A DNA stretch of 35,203 bases from the NCBI GenBank assembly GCA_964243395.1, contig CAXTFS010000002.1:1-35203 (forward strand), written 5' to 3'. This stretch comes from an uncultured Acidobacteriaceae bacterium. Lineage in GTDB: Bacteria > Acidobacteriota > Terriglobia > Terriglobales > Acidobacteriaceae. The position numbers and the translations under genes are program-made. Of this stretch, positions 17,851 through 26,446 are shown piece by piece. Position 1 is the stretch's first letter, and every line of letters begins with the position of its first letter. The notes under the pieces were generated by a model. That model was not told the DNA's origin and did not search any database. It saw nothing but the letters and a program-made list of their open reading frames with translations.

Positions 17851-18750
17851 TCACTTCACGTGCTTTATCAGGCGATCGAAGAGCTTTACCACAGCCCCTG
17901 GGTCTTCGACAGGTGGGTAGTGGCCACAACTCTTGATGGCCGCGCGCTCGTACCAGCCGGTGAAGTTTTTCTTGTCCTCCACTGAGGCTTCGGGCAGCAC
18001 GCAGTGATCATCGGTTCCATAGCCATACAGGGTCGGCACGCTGATCTTGGCTTTCGGCTTGGCTTCGAGCTGATTCTGCTGCGCCGCGTACGCCGGCTTA
18101 CCCAGCGAGTTCCCCCAGCGGTTGCGGTACGAATCAAGCACGACCGACGCGAACTGCGGATTCTCCCAGTAAGCCGCGGTCGCGTCCAGTTCGCGCTGCG
18201 AGAAGCGCCAGTTGGGTGACCAGGCATGCCAGATGTGCTCGCAAAGATCCTTGGCATTGGTGCGCAGCGCCTTCTCTCCCTGAGCGGTCTGGAAGTACCA
18301 CTGGTACCAGTAGCTCTGCACCTGCGCGGGCGGCAGATCGTTGCCGTTGAACATGACATACGGACTCGACAGCGCAAGGTGGCCGAGTACACGTTCCGGC
18401 GCCAGCACGCTCACGTCAAAGCCGGCACGCGCGCCCCAATCATGCCCGATGATGAGGAATCGTCCAAGCCCGAGCCCATCGGCAATCGCCAGGGTGTCTG
18501 CGGCCAGCGCGGCTTCCTGACCGGAGAGCAGGTTCTCCTTCACCACCACCGTCGCACCGTACCCGCGCATGGAAGGCACGATGAGACGCAGCTTGCGCTT
18601 CCACGGCTGCAGCTTCTCGACGACAGGCGCCCAGCCGTTGGCCGCGTAGGGAAAGCCGTGCAACAGCAGTACAGGAACGCCGTCCTTTGGGCCAAATTCC
18701 TGATAGCTGAAATCGACGCCGGACGTTTGCAGGATGTGGAACTCGGTCAT
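17851..18750 (-). CDS. Alpha/beta hydrolase, epoxide hydrolase-like
   Basis: LLLHGFPY, MRGYG, GHDWGA (Asp nucleophile), YWYQWYF, CGHYP. Confidence 0.9.
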   Translation of the reverse strand: MTEFHILQTSGVDFSYQEFGPKDGVPVLLLHGFPYAANGWAPVVEKLQPWKRKLRLIVPSMRGYGATVVVKENLLSGQEAALAADTLAIADGLGLGRFLIIGHDWGARAGFDVSVLAPERVLGHLALSSPYVMFNGNDLPPAQVQSYWYQWYFQTAQGEKALRTNAKDLCEHIWHAWSPNWRFSQRELDATAAYWENPQFASVVLDSYRNRWGNSLGKPAYAAQQNQLEAKPKAKISVPTLYGYGTDDHCVLPEASVEDKKNFTGWYERAAIKSCGHYPPVEDPGAVVKLFDRLIKHVK

Positions 18751-18790
18751 ATGCGCTTGGATGCGTCCGGCTGCTCCGCTGACTGAGCGT

Positions 18791-19750
18791 CTACAGCTTC
18801 AACAGCGTCGTGGCGTGGCCGCCGCGAAAGGCTGCGCTGTCAGCCTCACTCAGATCGAGCTCCTTCAGAAAAGCTGCCCCGCGCGTGTTGGGGCTGAAGG
18901 GGTAATCGACCGAATACATCATGTGTTCAAAACCGAAGACCTCACGGGCACACTGAAACGGCGGTCGAGTGAAGTAGCCGCTCGTCGTGATGTAGAACTG
19001 CTGCTTGAAGGTGTCCGCTACCGTGCGTTGCAACTTCGCGGCGGGCGATAAAATGCCGCTGGAACGTGCCAGCGCGTAGGGCACGCCCTCGCCCATGTGC
19101 CCGACGATCACCTTTAGACCTGGCAATCGATCCATCACCCCCGCAACAATCATCCGCAGGATGTGCAGGCCGGTTTCGGCATGCCATCCCCAGCCGGCGA
19201 TCGAGAGCAGATGACCGAGATCCTCAGGCAAGCCCGCATAGTAGACCTCGCTGACGGCCTGCGGCGGCGGTGCCGGATGTAGATACAGCGGCACATCGAG
19301 CGCGGCAATCGCTTCCAGCACAGGAAAGAACTCGGGTGCATCGAGAAACTTGCCGTCCGTTGTGCCGTCCAGCAACACGCCCTTGAAGCCGAGCTGCGTG
19401 ATGCAGCGTTCGATCTCCTTCACCGCTTGGTCAGGCTCACTCAATCCCGGGGTCGCAAAGGCCGCGAAACGATCTGGGTGCGCCCGCACCGCCGCGGCCG
19501 CTTCGTCGTGCACATCGCGCAGCACGGACGTTTCATCGCCAGGCGTCAGCTTGTCGATCCCAAGTGCGGCGAGCGACAGCACCTGCACATCGATGCCGGC
19601 TTCATCCATCGCAGCCAGGCGGCCTTCGCCGAGGTCCATCAGCTTGTCCCGCATCGCCGCGATGGGCGGCGGCGCCTCGGAACCATAGGCGTTTGTGGCC
19701 TTTAGAAAGCCGGAGGTGACGAAATGTTCTTCAAGCGTAATGGTCTGCAT
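18791..19750 (-). CDS. Amidohydrolase-2 family protein (non-oxidative aromatic decarboxylase-like)
   Basis: ITLEEH, MDEAGIDVQVLS, LYLHP, WGWHAETG, VGHMGE, SVDYPF. Confidence 0.9.
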   Translation of the reverse strand: MQTITLEEHFVTSGFLKATNAYGSEAPPPIAAMRDKLMDLGEGRLAAMDEAGIDVQVLSLAALGIDKLTPGDETSVLRDVHDEAAAAVRAHPDRFAAFATPGLSEPDQAVKEIERCITQLGFKGVLLDGTTDGKFLDAPEFFPVLEAIAALDVPLYLHPAPPPQAVSEVYYAGLPEDLGHLLSIAGWGWHAETGLHILRMIVAGVMDRLPGLKVIVGHMGEGVPYALARSSGILSPAAKLQRTVADTFKQQFYITTSGYFTRPPFQCAREVFGFEHMMYSVDYPFSPNTRGAAFLKELDLSEADSAAFRGGHATTLLKL

Positions 19751-21035
19751 CGCGGATCGATCCTCCCGCTGTTGGATGCGCTGAGGCTTGCGCGGCTGTC
19801 AACCCGAGACGGCGCAGCAGGGACGAGATCGTGAGTCCCTGCACCAGGATCGAAAACACCACTACGACATAGGTCGCGACCAGCAGTTGATTGCGTTCCA
19901 GCCCCTTGGCATACGGCACCGAAAGCGCCAGTGCGACTGCAAGCCCACCGCGCAGACCGCCCCAGGTGAGTACAGCGACGGTACCCGCAGCACGGCGTTG
20001 AAACAGGCCCAGCACACCTACGGGAAGCACCACGCTGATCCAGCGCGCGAGCAGAACGATTGGGATCGCCAGCAGGCTTGCGAGGACGTAACGGCGCTCG
20101 ATCGGCAGCACCAGCAACTCCAGGCCGAGCAGCAGAAACAGGACGACATTCAGGATGTCGGCCACCAGCTCCCAGAAGCGCTCCACGTGTTCGCGCGTGG
20201 TGGCGGACATGGCAAACCGGCGTGCGCGCCCGCTGACCAGTAGCCCCGCCGTTACGACCTCCAGCGGTGGGGACAACCGCAGTGCATCCGCGAGCGCGTA
20301 GCCGCCCATAGCCAGCGCGAGGGTAAGCAGCACCTCGACCCGGTAGCTGTCCACCAACTGCAGCAGACGATAAGTGATGTATCCAAGCGTCCCGCCGAGC
20401 AGAATGGCGCCGCCGGCCTTCAGCAGCAACAGAAACAGGAACGCATGCACCGAGGGCGCGGCACCGCCGGCCGAGGCACTCAGCAGCGCAAGAAAGATCA
20501 CCGCGCCGACACCGTCGTTGAACAGCGATTCACCGGCCAGCTGTGTCTCCAGCGAAGCGGACGCACCGACTCGCCGCAGCATTTCAAGCACAGCAATCGG
20601 GTCGGTCGGCGAGATCAGCGCGCCGAACAGCAGAGCGCCCATTGTGCTGATCGGTGTGCCCGTCGCCCGCAGCGCAAACTTAAAGAGCGCGGCCACGAGG
20701 ATAGTGGAGAGCACGGTGGCCACGATGGACAAGGTGGTGACCGACAGTTTTTCGCGGCCAAGCTGAGGAAGATCCAGCTCAAGCGCACCCGCGAACAGCA
20801 ACAGCGACAGCATGCCATGCAGCACCACGGCGTTGAAGTCGATCCCGCCGACGATCCCCTTCGCGGCATCGTGCATCCCGGGCACGTAGCGACCCGCGAC
20901 GAGCAACACGGCCGCGGCCGCGAGCGACAGCACCATGGTGCCGATGCTCGTGGGCAGACGCAGAACGCGGTAGCTGAGAAAGCTGAACAGCGCACCAATG
21001 GTGACCAGCAGGCTGAGCAGCGCAAAGGTCGACAT
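19731..21035 (-). CDS. CPA1/NhaP-type Na+(K+)/H+ antiporter
   Basis: LLFAGAL, ISPTDPIAV, GESLFNDGVG, WGGLRGGLAVALAL, VQGLT; about 12 TMs. Confidence 0.93.
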   Translation of the reverse strand: MSTFALLSLLVTIGALFSFLSYRVLRLPTSIGTMVLSLAAAAVLLVAGRYVPGMHDAAKGIVGGIDFNAVVLHGMLSLLLFAGALELDLPQLGREKLSVTTLSIVATVLSTILVAALFKFALRATGTPISTMGALLFGALISPTDPIAVLEMLRRVGASASLETQLAGESLFNDGVGAVIFLALLSASAGGAAPSVHAFLFLLLLKAGGAILLGGTLGYITYRLLQLVDSYRVEVLLTLALAMGGYALADALRLSPPLEVVTAGLLVSGRARRFAMSATTREHVERFWELVADILNVVLFLLLGLELLVLPIERRYVLASLLAIPIVLLARWISVVLPVGVLGLFQRRAAGTVAVLTWGGLRGGLAVALALSVPYAKGLERNQLLVATYVVVVFSILVQGLTISSLLRRLGLTAAQASAHPTAGGSIRDADHYA

Positions 21036-21119
21036 CGGCGCGTAGTCTCAGGGGCTTGGATGTCTCGCAGGTGGAAGGGTATACAGGCCGGAGTTCGATT
21101 TCCCGGACACAAGAAGGAG

Positions 21120-22946
21120 CTACGCTCGACCTTCGACCGACCAGCGCACGCTCCAAGGTCCCAGGTTGCCGGAGCCGCCCTCCGAACTTTCGGAGCCCTC
21201 CAGCCACAACACCTCGCCCATCGCAGGACCAAAGCCTTCACGCGCCGCGTGCCATAGATTGGCCGCAAGATAGAGGCGTACGCCGCCCTTGAGCTTCCAG
21301 GCAATCTTCAGCGCGCCCGGCCCGAGCACCTCGTACGCGCCGCACCGTCCTGGCAGGTTGGCCAGCGATGGCATCAGGCGCTCACGCCGAATCGACAGCA
21401 GCGAGGTGTAAAGCTCGAGCCACCCCGCATGGACCTCGTCACTGCGCTGGTGCCACTGCAGCTTTGCAGAAAGAAACGTCGCCTCCGCCTGAGGGTCCGG
21501 TGCATGCTTAAGGTCTTCCTGCGAGACACCCGGCAGCTTGCTGATCTGCTCATACCGTCCCTTGCGTACAGCTTCGCCAAGATCGCCGTGGAAGTCACAG
21601 AAGTAGGGAAACGGCGTGGAGGCACCCCACTCCTCACCCATGAACAGCATCGGCGTCTGCGGCAACAGCAACGCAACCGCCACGAGGGCACGAACGGTCG
21701 CGGCGGGAAGAAGGTTGCTGACCCGTTCTCCGAAGATGCGATTGCCGATCAGATCATGACTCTGCAGAAACGACACAAACGCCGTCGGCGGGACATGGCA
21801 ACCGGCTTCAAACTCGTCATGGTTTTCCTGCGCGGCGATCACGAAGCCTTCCGCGAGTGCCTTGCCGAGCCGGTCCGTCTCACCCTTGTCGTCGTTCTGG
21901 CGATCGTCAAAGGTACCCATGAAGCCCGCGCCGAGCAGGTGATCTACATCATGATTCCACTGGGCCGTATAGCACTGCACGGCGCCGTCGGGCGACCGTG
22001 TCAGCCGATGCGCTATGTTGTTTTCGTTCTCCAGAATGAGGTGAACGTGGCGATCGCCGGCAGCCGCATGAACGCGGTCCGCCAACTCGTCCAGGATATG
22101 TCGCGGGCCGTTGTCGATGATGGCGTGTGTGGCATCCAGGCGCAGCCCATCGACGTGGTATTCGCGGATCCAGTACAGCGCGTTTTGCACGATGAACTCG
22201 CGCGCCTCCGCGCTGCAGTCACCATCGAAGTTCAATGCCTGCCCCCACGCGGTGCTGTACTTGTTGGACAGAATCTGCGGAAAGTAGCGCGGCAGGTAGT
22301 TGCCTTCCGGGCCAAAGTGGTTGTAGACCGCATCGAGGATGACCTGCAGGCCGCGTTCGTGCGCGGCTTCAACGAACGCCTTGAGGTCCTCGGGTCGACC
22401 ATAGGCCGAGTCGGGCGCATAAAGCAGCACCGTGTCATAGCCCCAGTTGCGCAGGCCGGCAAAATCCGAGATCGTCAACAGCTCAATGGCGGTGACGCCT
22501 AATGCCTGGAGCGCGGCGAGGTTCCCGATTGCCGGGCGAAAGGTACCATCTTCCGTGAAGGTGCCGACGTGGAGCTCGTAGATGACCGTCAAATGCCACG
22601 GCAGGCCGCGCCACGGGCTCTCCGCCCACCGGTAGGCGGACGGATCGACCACCTCGCTGGGCCCATCGACATCCTCGGGCTGAAAACGCGAGGCGGGGTC
22701 AGGTACCTGCGTCCCGTCGGGCAGGAGGTAGCGGTACCTGCTGCCCGCAGCCGCGTTCGGGACGTTTAGCTCGTGCCAACCGTGCCCATCGGCCTGCATG
22801 GAAAGCGCGTCACGGCCGTCCAGAAGCAATCGCACGGAAGGTACCGCAGGAGCGAAGAAGCGGAAACGAACCCCGCCTTCAGCAAGGACCGCCGCGCCGA
22901 AAGGCAGATCATGCCCCCGCGCGGGTTCCCGTGCTGCGTCGCTCAA
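21120..22946 (-). CDS. treZ: Malto-oligosyltrehalose trehalohydrolase-like GH13 (divergent downstream paralogue)
   Basis: PDPASRFQP, YELHVGTF, YNHFGPEGNYL, GLRLDATHA, LENE, QSHDLIGNR. TTG 22946 overlaps the upstream TGA and has a GGAGG SD. Confidence 0.85.
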   Translation of the reverse strand: MSDAAREPARGHDLPFGAAVLAEGGVRFRFFAPAVPSVRLLLDGRDALSMQADGHGWHELNVPNAAAGSRYRYLLPDGTQVPDPASRFQPEDVDGPSEVVDPSAYRWAESPWRGLPWHLTVIYELHVGTFTEDGTFRPAIGNLAALQALGVTAIELLTISDFAGLRNWGYDTVLLYAPDSAYGRPEDLKAFVEAAHERGLQVILDAVYNHFGPEGNYLPRYFPQILSNKYSTAWGQALNFDGDCSAEAREFIVQNALYWIREYHVDGLRLDATHAIIDNGPRHILDELADRVHAAAGDRHVHLILENENNIAHRLTRSPDGAVQCYTAQWNHDVDHLLGAGFMGTFDDRQNDDKGETDRLGKALAEGFVIAAQENHDEFEAGCHVPPTAFVSFLQSHDLIGNRIFGERVSNLLPAATVRALVAVALLLPQTPMLFMGEEWGASTPFPYFCDFHGDLGEAVRKGRYEQISKLPGVSQEDLKHAPDPQAEATFLSAKLQWHQRSDEVHAGWLELYTSLLSIRRERLMPSLANLPGRCGAYEVLGPGALKIAWKLKGGVRLYLAANLWHAAREGFGPAMGEVLWLEGSESSEGGSGNLGPWSVRWSVEGRA

Positions 22947-24844
22947 CGTGCCGCATCCTCCAGAATCCAACGAACTGTCCACTCCTTGTAGGTGCTGCCG
23001 TCCGGCTCGGGGCCCTGATGCCACAGAATGCGTCCCCGAGTTGGCGGAAAGTCGCCCTTCGGATAATCACAGAGATTTGCATAGAGTGCCAACTGGCGAC
23101 CATCCTGCAGCGCCCAGCGCACAATCACCGCGCTCGGCCCGAGGAGCTCGAATGTGCCGGCATTCCCGGTAATCGTGCTCAGCAGCGGGACGATGTGCTC
23201 CCGTCGGACCCGAAGCAGGTTCCGGTACCGCTCGATTGCACCCTTGTGCTCGGGAGCGTCCAGTTCCTTCCAATCCAGCTTGGCGGAAAGAAAGGTCGAT
23301 TCGGCCAGCGGGTCGGGGATACGGTCACGCTGCGCCGGATCCTGAAACTGCGGAAAGCTGGCAAACTCGTCGCGACGTCCCTGGCGCACCTTGTCCGCAA
23401 GCTCACCGTGGAAGTCGCAGAAGTATGGAAAGGGCTGCGTCGCCTCCCACTCCTCTCCCATAAACAGCATGGGCGTTTGTGGCAGCAAGAGATAAGTGGC
23501 GACCAGCGCTCCGAGCGCCTCCGGCGTGGTGATCCGGTTGATCCTCTCCCCAAACGCGCGGTTCCCGATCTGGTCGTGATTCTGGATAAACGCGATGAAT
23601 GCACCGGGCGGCAGGTGCGCGCAGGACTCGCCGCGGTTCTTGCCACTGCAAACCGACGCCTGTCCCTGAAACGCGAAGCCCTCCGCCAGCGCGCGGCCCA
23701 GCAACTCCGTGTGGCCCGTGTAGTCCTTGTAGTAACCCGCGTCCTCATGCGTCGCAGCGGTATGCAGCACGTGGTGCATGTCGTCATTCCACTGCGCGGT
23801 GTAGTGCTCCGGGCGGCCCCCGCCGTCACGCGACAGGCGAAATGCCTGATTCTTTTCGTTTTCCAGCACAAGATGAATGGGGTACGGAATCTCCAGGGCG
23901 TGCACCCGATCGGCAAGCTCATCGAGGATGTGCCTCGGCCCCTCATCGATGATGGCGTGCACCGCATCCAGCCGCAGACCGTCCAGGTGAAACTCCTCGA
24001 TCCAGTACAGCGCGTTGTGGATGATGAGCTCGCGCACTACCTCACTTTGCTCCGCGTCGAAGTTCACCGCTGAACCCCAGCTCGTCGTGTGATGGTCCGT
24101 GAGCAGATGCGGAAAGTAGGAGGGCAGCATGTTGCCCTCGGGACCGAAGTGGTTGTACACCACGTCCAGCAGCACCATCAGGCCGCGCGCGTGGGCGGCT
24201 TCGACCATTGCTTTCAGATCCTCAGGGCGGCCGTAGCTTGAATCGGGCGCATAGAGCAGGACGCCGTCATAGCCCCAGCCACGAGCACCGGCGAAGTCGC
24301 CCACCGGCATGATCTCGATCGCGGTCACACCCAGCTCGGCAAGATGATCCAGCTTGCCGATCGCCGCGCGGAAGGTGCCTTCCGGCGTAAACGCACCGAT
24401 GTGCAGCTCGTAGATGACGGCTTCATCCCAGATGCGGCCACCCCAGCTGGCGTCCCGCCACGCGTGACCACCGGGGGCAATGACCTCGCTTGGGCCGTTG
24501 ACGTCATCAGGCTGAAAACGCGAGGCCGGATCGGCTACCCGCGATCCATCCGGCAAGACAAAGCGGTACAGGGACCCGGAGCCGGCCTGGTCGGTCAACA
24601 ACTCATGCCAGCCGCCGTCTTTGGCCACCATTTCGACAGGCGGCGCCACACCCTCGATCGCCACCGACACCCGATCAGCGGTCGGTGCGAACAGCCGGAA
24701 CCGCACGCAGCCGTCAGGGTGGACCTCCGCGCCGAAGGGCATGCGATGAACACGGGACAGGGTGTTGTCGTTCTGTAAAGCGGTGGATAAATACACGATG
24801 AACTCTTCGGAATAGGTGCTTTCTACCTGGGCCTCGATGGGCAT
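22943..24844 (-). CDS. treZ: Malto-oligosyltrehalose trehalohydrolase (canonical motifs); start 24883, 24844 or 24796
   Basis: YELHIGAF, WGYDGVL, YNHFGPEGN, GLRLDAVHA, WNDDMHH, GYYKDY, QNHDQIGNR, FMGEEW, IPDP. Confidence 0.92.
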   Translation of the reverse strand: MPIEAQVESTYSEEFIVYLSTALQNDNTLSRVHRMPFGAEVHPDGCVRFRLFAPTADRVSVAIEGVAPPVEMVAKDGGWHELLTDQAGSGSLYRFVLPDGSRVADPASRFQPDDVNGPSEVIAPGGHAWRDASWGGRIWDEAVIYELHIGAFTPEGTFRAAIGKLDHLAELGVTAIEIMPVGDFAGARGWGYDGVLLYAPDSSYGRPEDLKAMVEAAHARGLMVLLDVVYNHFGPEGNMLPSYFPHLLTDHHTTSWGSAVNFDAEQSEVVRELIIHNALYWIEEFHLDGLRLDAVHAIIDEGPRHILDELADRVHALEIPYPIHLVLENEKNQAFRLSRDGGGRPEHYTAQWNDDMHHVLHTAATHEDAGYYKDYTGHTELLGRALAEGFAFQGQASVCSGKNRGESCAHLPPGAFIAFIQNHDQIGNRAFGERINRITTPEALGALVATYLLLPQTPMLFMGEEWEATQPFPYFCDFHGELADKVRQGRRDEFASFPQFQDPAQRDRIPDPLAESTFLSAKLDWKELDAPEHKGAIERYRNLLRVRREHIVPLLSTITGNAGTFELLGPSAVIVRWALQDGRQLALYANLCDYPKGDFPPTRGRILWHQGPEPDGSTYKEWTVRWILEDAAR

Positions 24845-25074
24845 GAGCAACTCCGGGCGGCCTGGTGACGGCCGTCTCTTCATGTAGTTTTGGATGTCGG
24901 AACGGCTCGCGTGCAGCCATACGGTGAGATGCAGAGCGCCACAAACCCGGATCGTGCGGAGCTCGACGTAGTTTTGTGAGGTGGAGAAGCATTTCGCTTT
25001 CCCGCAGGCCTGCCCGGGCCCCTTCCTGCATCCTAGGCGACAGGTGAGGCGACTGCCCGCCCTGGAGAGATGGC

Positions 25075-25449
25075 ATGACCAACAATCAAGACCTTCCTGC
25101 AACCGACAGCGCAGCCGCACTGCACGAGATCATCGGCGACGACGCCACGGCTACCTTTGAGAACAACCCCACGTTCACCGGCAGCGATCCGTCTGCCAGC
25201 GGATCCAGCGAGAACCTGCAGACACGGCAGGACCGCCAGGAGGTCAGGGGTATGCCAAGTCTGCAAACCCGTGAGACCGACGATACCGAAGATGCCGACG
25301 ACGAAGATGAAGACGAAGACGATGATGATGAGTTTGAAGACGTCGAAACCGAAGATGAAGATGATGACGAAGATGAGGAAGACGACGACCTCGACGATGA
25401 AGATGACGACGAAGATGATGAGGATGACGAGGACGAAGTCGACGCATAA
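25075..25449 (+). CDS. Small, extremely acidic low-complexity protein (124 aa)
   Basis: GGAGAG SD; 49 of the last 58 residues are D/E; followed by a terminator-like hairpin. Confidence 0.75.
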   Translation: MTNNQDLPATDSAAALHEIIGDDATATFENNPTFTGSDPSASGSSENLQTRQDRQEVRGMPSLQTRETDDTEDADDEDEDEDDDDEFEDVETEDEDDDEDEEDDDLDDEDDDEDDEDDEDEVDA

Positions 25450-25457
25450 CGTCCTGC

Positions 25458-25494
25458 CGGTGGTCCGGGCTACGGCTCGGGCCACCGCTGTTTG
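25458..25494 (+). terminator. Probable intrinsic terminator with cUACGg tetraloop
   Basis: CGGTGGTCCGGGC-TACG-GCTCGGGCCACCG (two G-U pairs) followed by CTGTTT. Confidence 0.65.
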
Positions 25495-25509
25495 CTATTT
25501 GAGGAACCT

Positions 25510-25695
25510 ATGGCTGACTTGAACCATTGGCTAAGAACCGCGATTCCCACGCTGCAGTCCGGAAGTCCCGAAACCGGGGAATCCGAAGACCAGGACAGCG
25601 GTGACCTGGCTCCGGGCGTGGATGAGGACGCCTTGGATGCCGACGACCTGGATACCGATCAGCTTGCAAGTACGTCCGAGTTCCCGGGCGAGTAA
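25510..25695 (+). CDS. Small acidic hypothetical protein (61 aa)
   Basis: GAGGA SD before ATG 25510; D/E-rich (VDEDALDADDLDTD). Confidence 0.6.
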   Translation: MADLNHWLRTAIPTLQSGSPETGESEDQDSGDLAPGVDEDALDADDLDTDQLASTSEFPGE

Positions 25696-25761
25696 GTCTG
25701 AGGGGTCACCCAGGTACTGGCTTTTGTTACAGGTCGGATGCGATTGTGAAGGCGTCGGTAC

Positions 25762-26268
25762 GTGACCGATGGAATTTGCATCACAAACGATGTGAACATC
25801 GACGAGCAAAAGAACGGAAGCGCCCTCCTCAAGGGGTTTATTGCCGGTGCCATTGGCGGGCTGGCGGCGACGGCAGCGAAGTCCCTCGGTGAAAAGCTGT
25901 ACCCGCCCAGGGTGCATGGCGAGCCGGAACCGCCCGAGGTGCTTGCCGAAAAGGTGGCGGGTCACCCTCTCGATGAGACCTCGAAGGTGGCTGCCGGCGA
26001 AACAATCCACTGGGTCTTTGGAGCGGCGGCGGGCGGATTCTATGGCGTACTTGCCGAGATCTATCCAGCGGTGACCGCCAAGAACGGTGCTAGCTTCGGC
26101 CTGATGCTGATGAGCGTTACGCACGAGGGCGCCTTGCCGGCGCTGGGGCTGTCCGAGCCGAAGGAAGACCATTCGCTGCGTGAACGTACCAGCGAAGCTG
26201 CGACTCACATGTTGTATGGGTTTGTGACTGAAAAGGTTCGAGGTGCTGTGCGTGGCATGCTCGACTAA
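25762..26268 (+). CDS. DUF1440 (YagU-like) membrane protein; start possibly GTG 25792
   Basis: KGFIAGAIGGLAAT, IHWVFG, YGVLAE, PALGL, HMLYG..TE motifs. Confidence 0.8.
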   Translation: MTDGICITNDVNIDEQKNGSALLKGFIAGAIGGLAATAAKSLGEKLYPPRVHGEPEPPEVLAEKVAGHPLDETSKVAAGETIHWVFGAAAGGFYGVLAEIYPAVTAKNGASFGLMLMSVTHEGALPALGLSEPKEDHSLRERTSEAATHMLYGFVTEKVRGAVRGMLD

Positions 26269-26287
26269 AGAGGCTTGAGGAAAGAAC

Positions 26288-26324
26288 AAAAAGGCGCATT
26301 TGCTTTCAAGCAACTGCGCCTTTT
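26288..26324. terminator. Probable bidirectional intrinsic terminator
   Basis: AAAAAGGCGCA-TTTGCT-TTCA-AGCAAC-TGCGCCTTTT hairpin flanked by A and T tracts. Confidence 0.72.
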
Positions 26325-26362
26325 CTGTATCGTCCATCGCACACGGCAAATCGTTCGCCGCA

Positions 26363-26391
26363 GTGACATGGGAGTATGGAGACGCTATAAG
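26363..26391 (+). promoter_or_regulatory. Sigma70-like promoter for the carotenoid operon
   Basis: GTGACA-N17-TATAAG, 55 nt upstream of the crtN ATG. Confidence 0.5.
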
Positions 26392-26446
26392 CGGACCTTT
26401 GGTACGCGCTACACTCGACCCGTAACACCCGAGATCACTGCGCAAA

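Noticed and set aside
22943-23024. Frameshifted single treZ pseudogene
   Set aside because: Both ORFs are full-length GH13 enzymes with complete domain sets; the apparent overlap resolves to a 4-nt TTGA coupling.
25033-25485. Minus-strand hydrophobic (I/F/V-rich) 150-aa ORF
   Set aside because: Mirror of the GAN-codon acidic gene; the plus strand has the SD and terminator.
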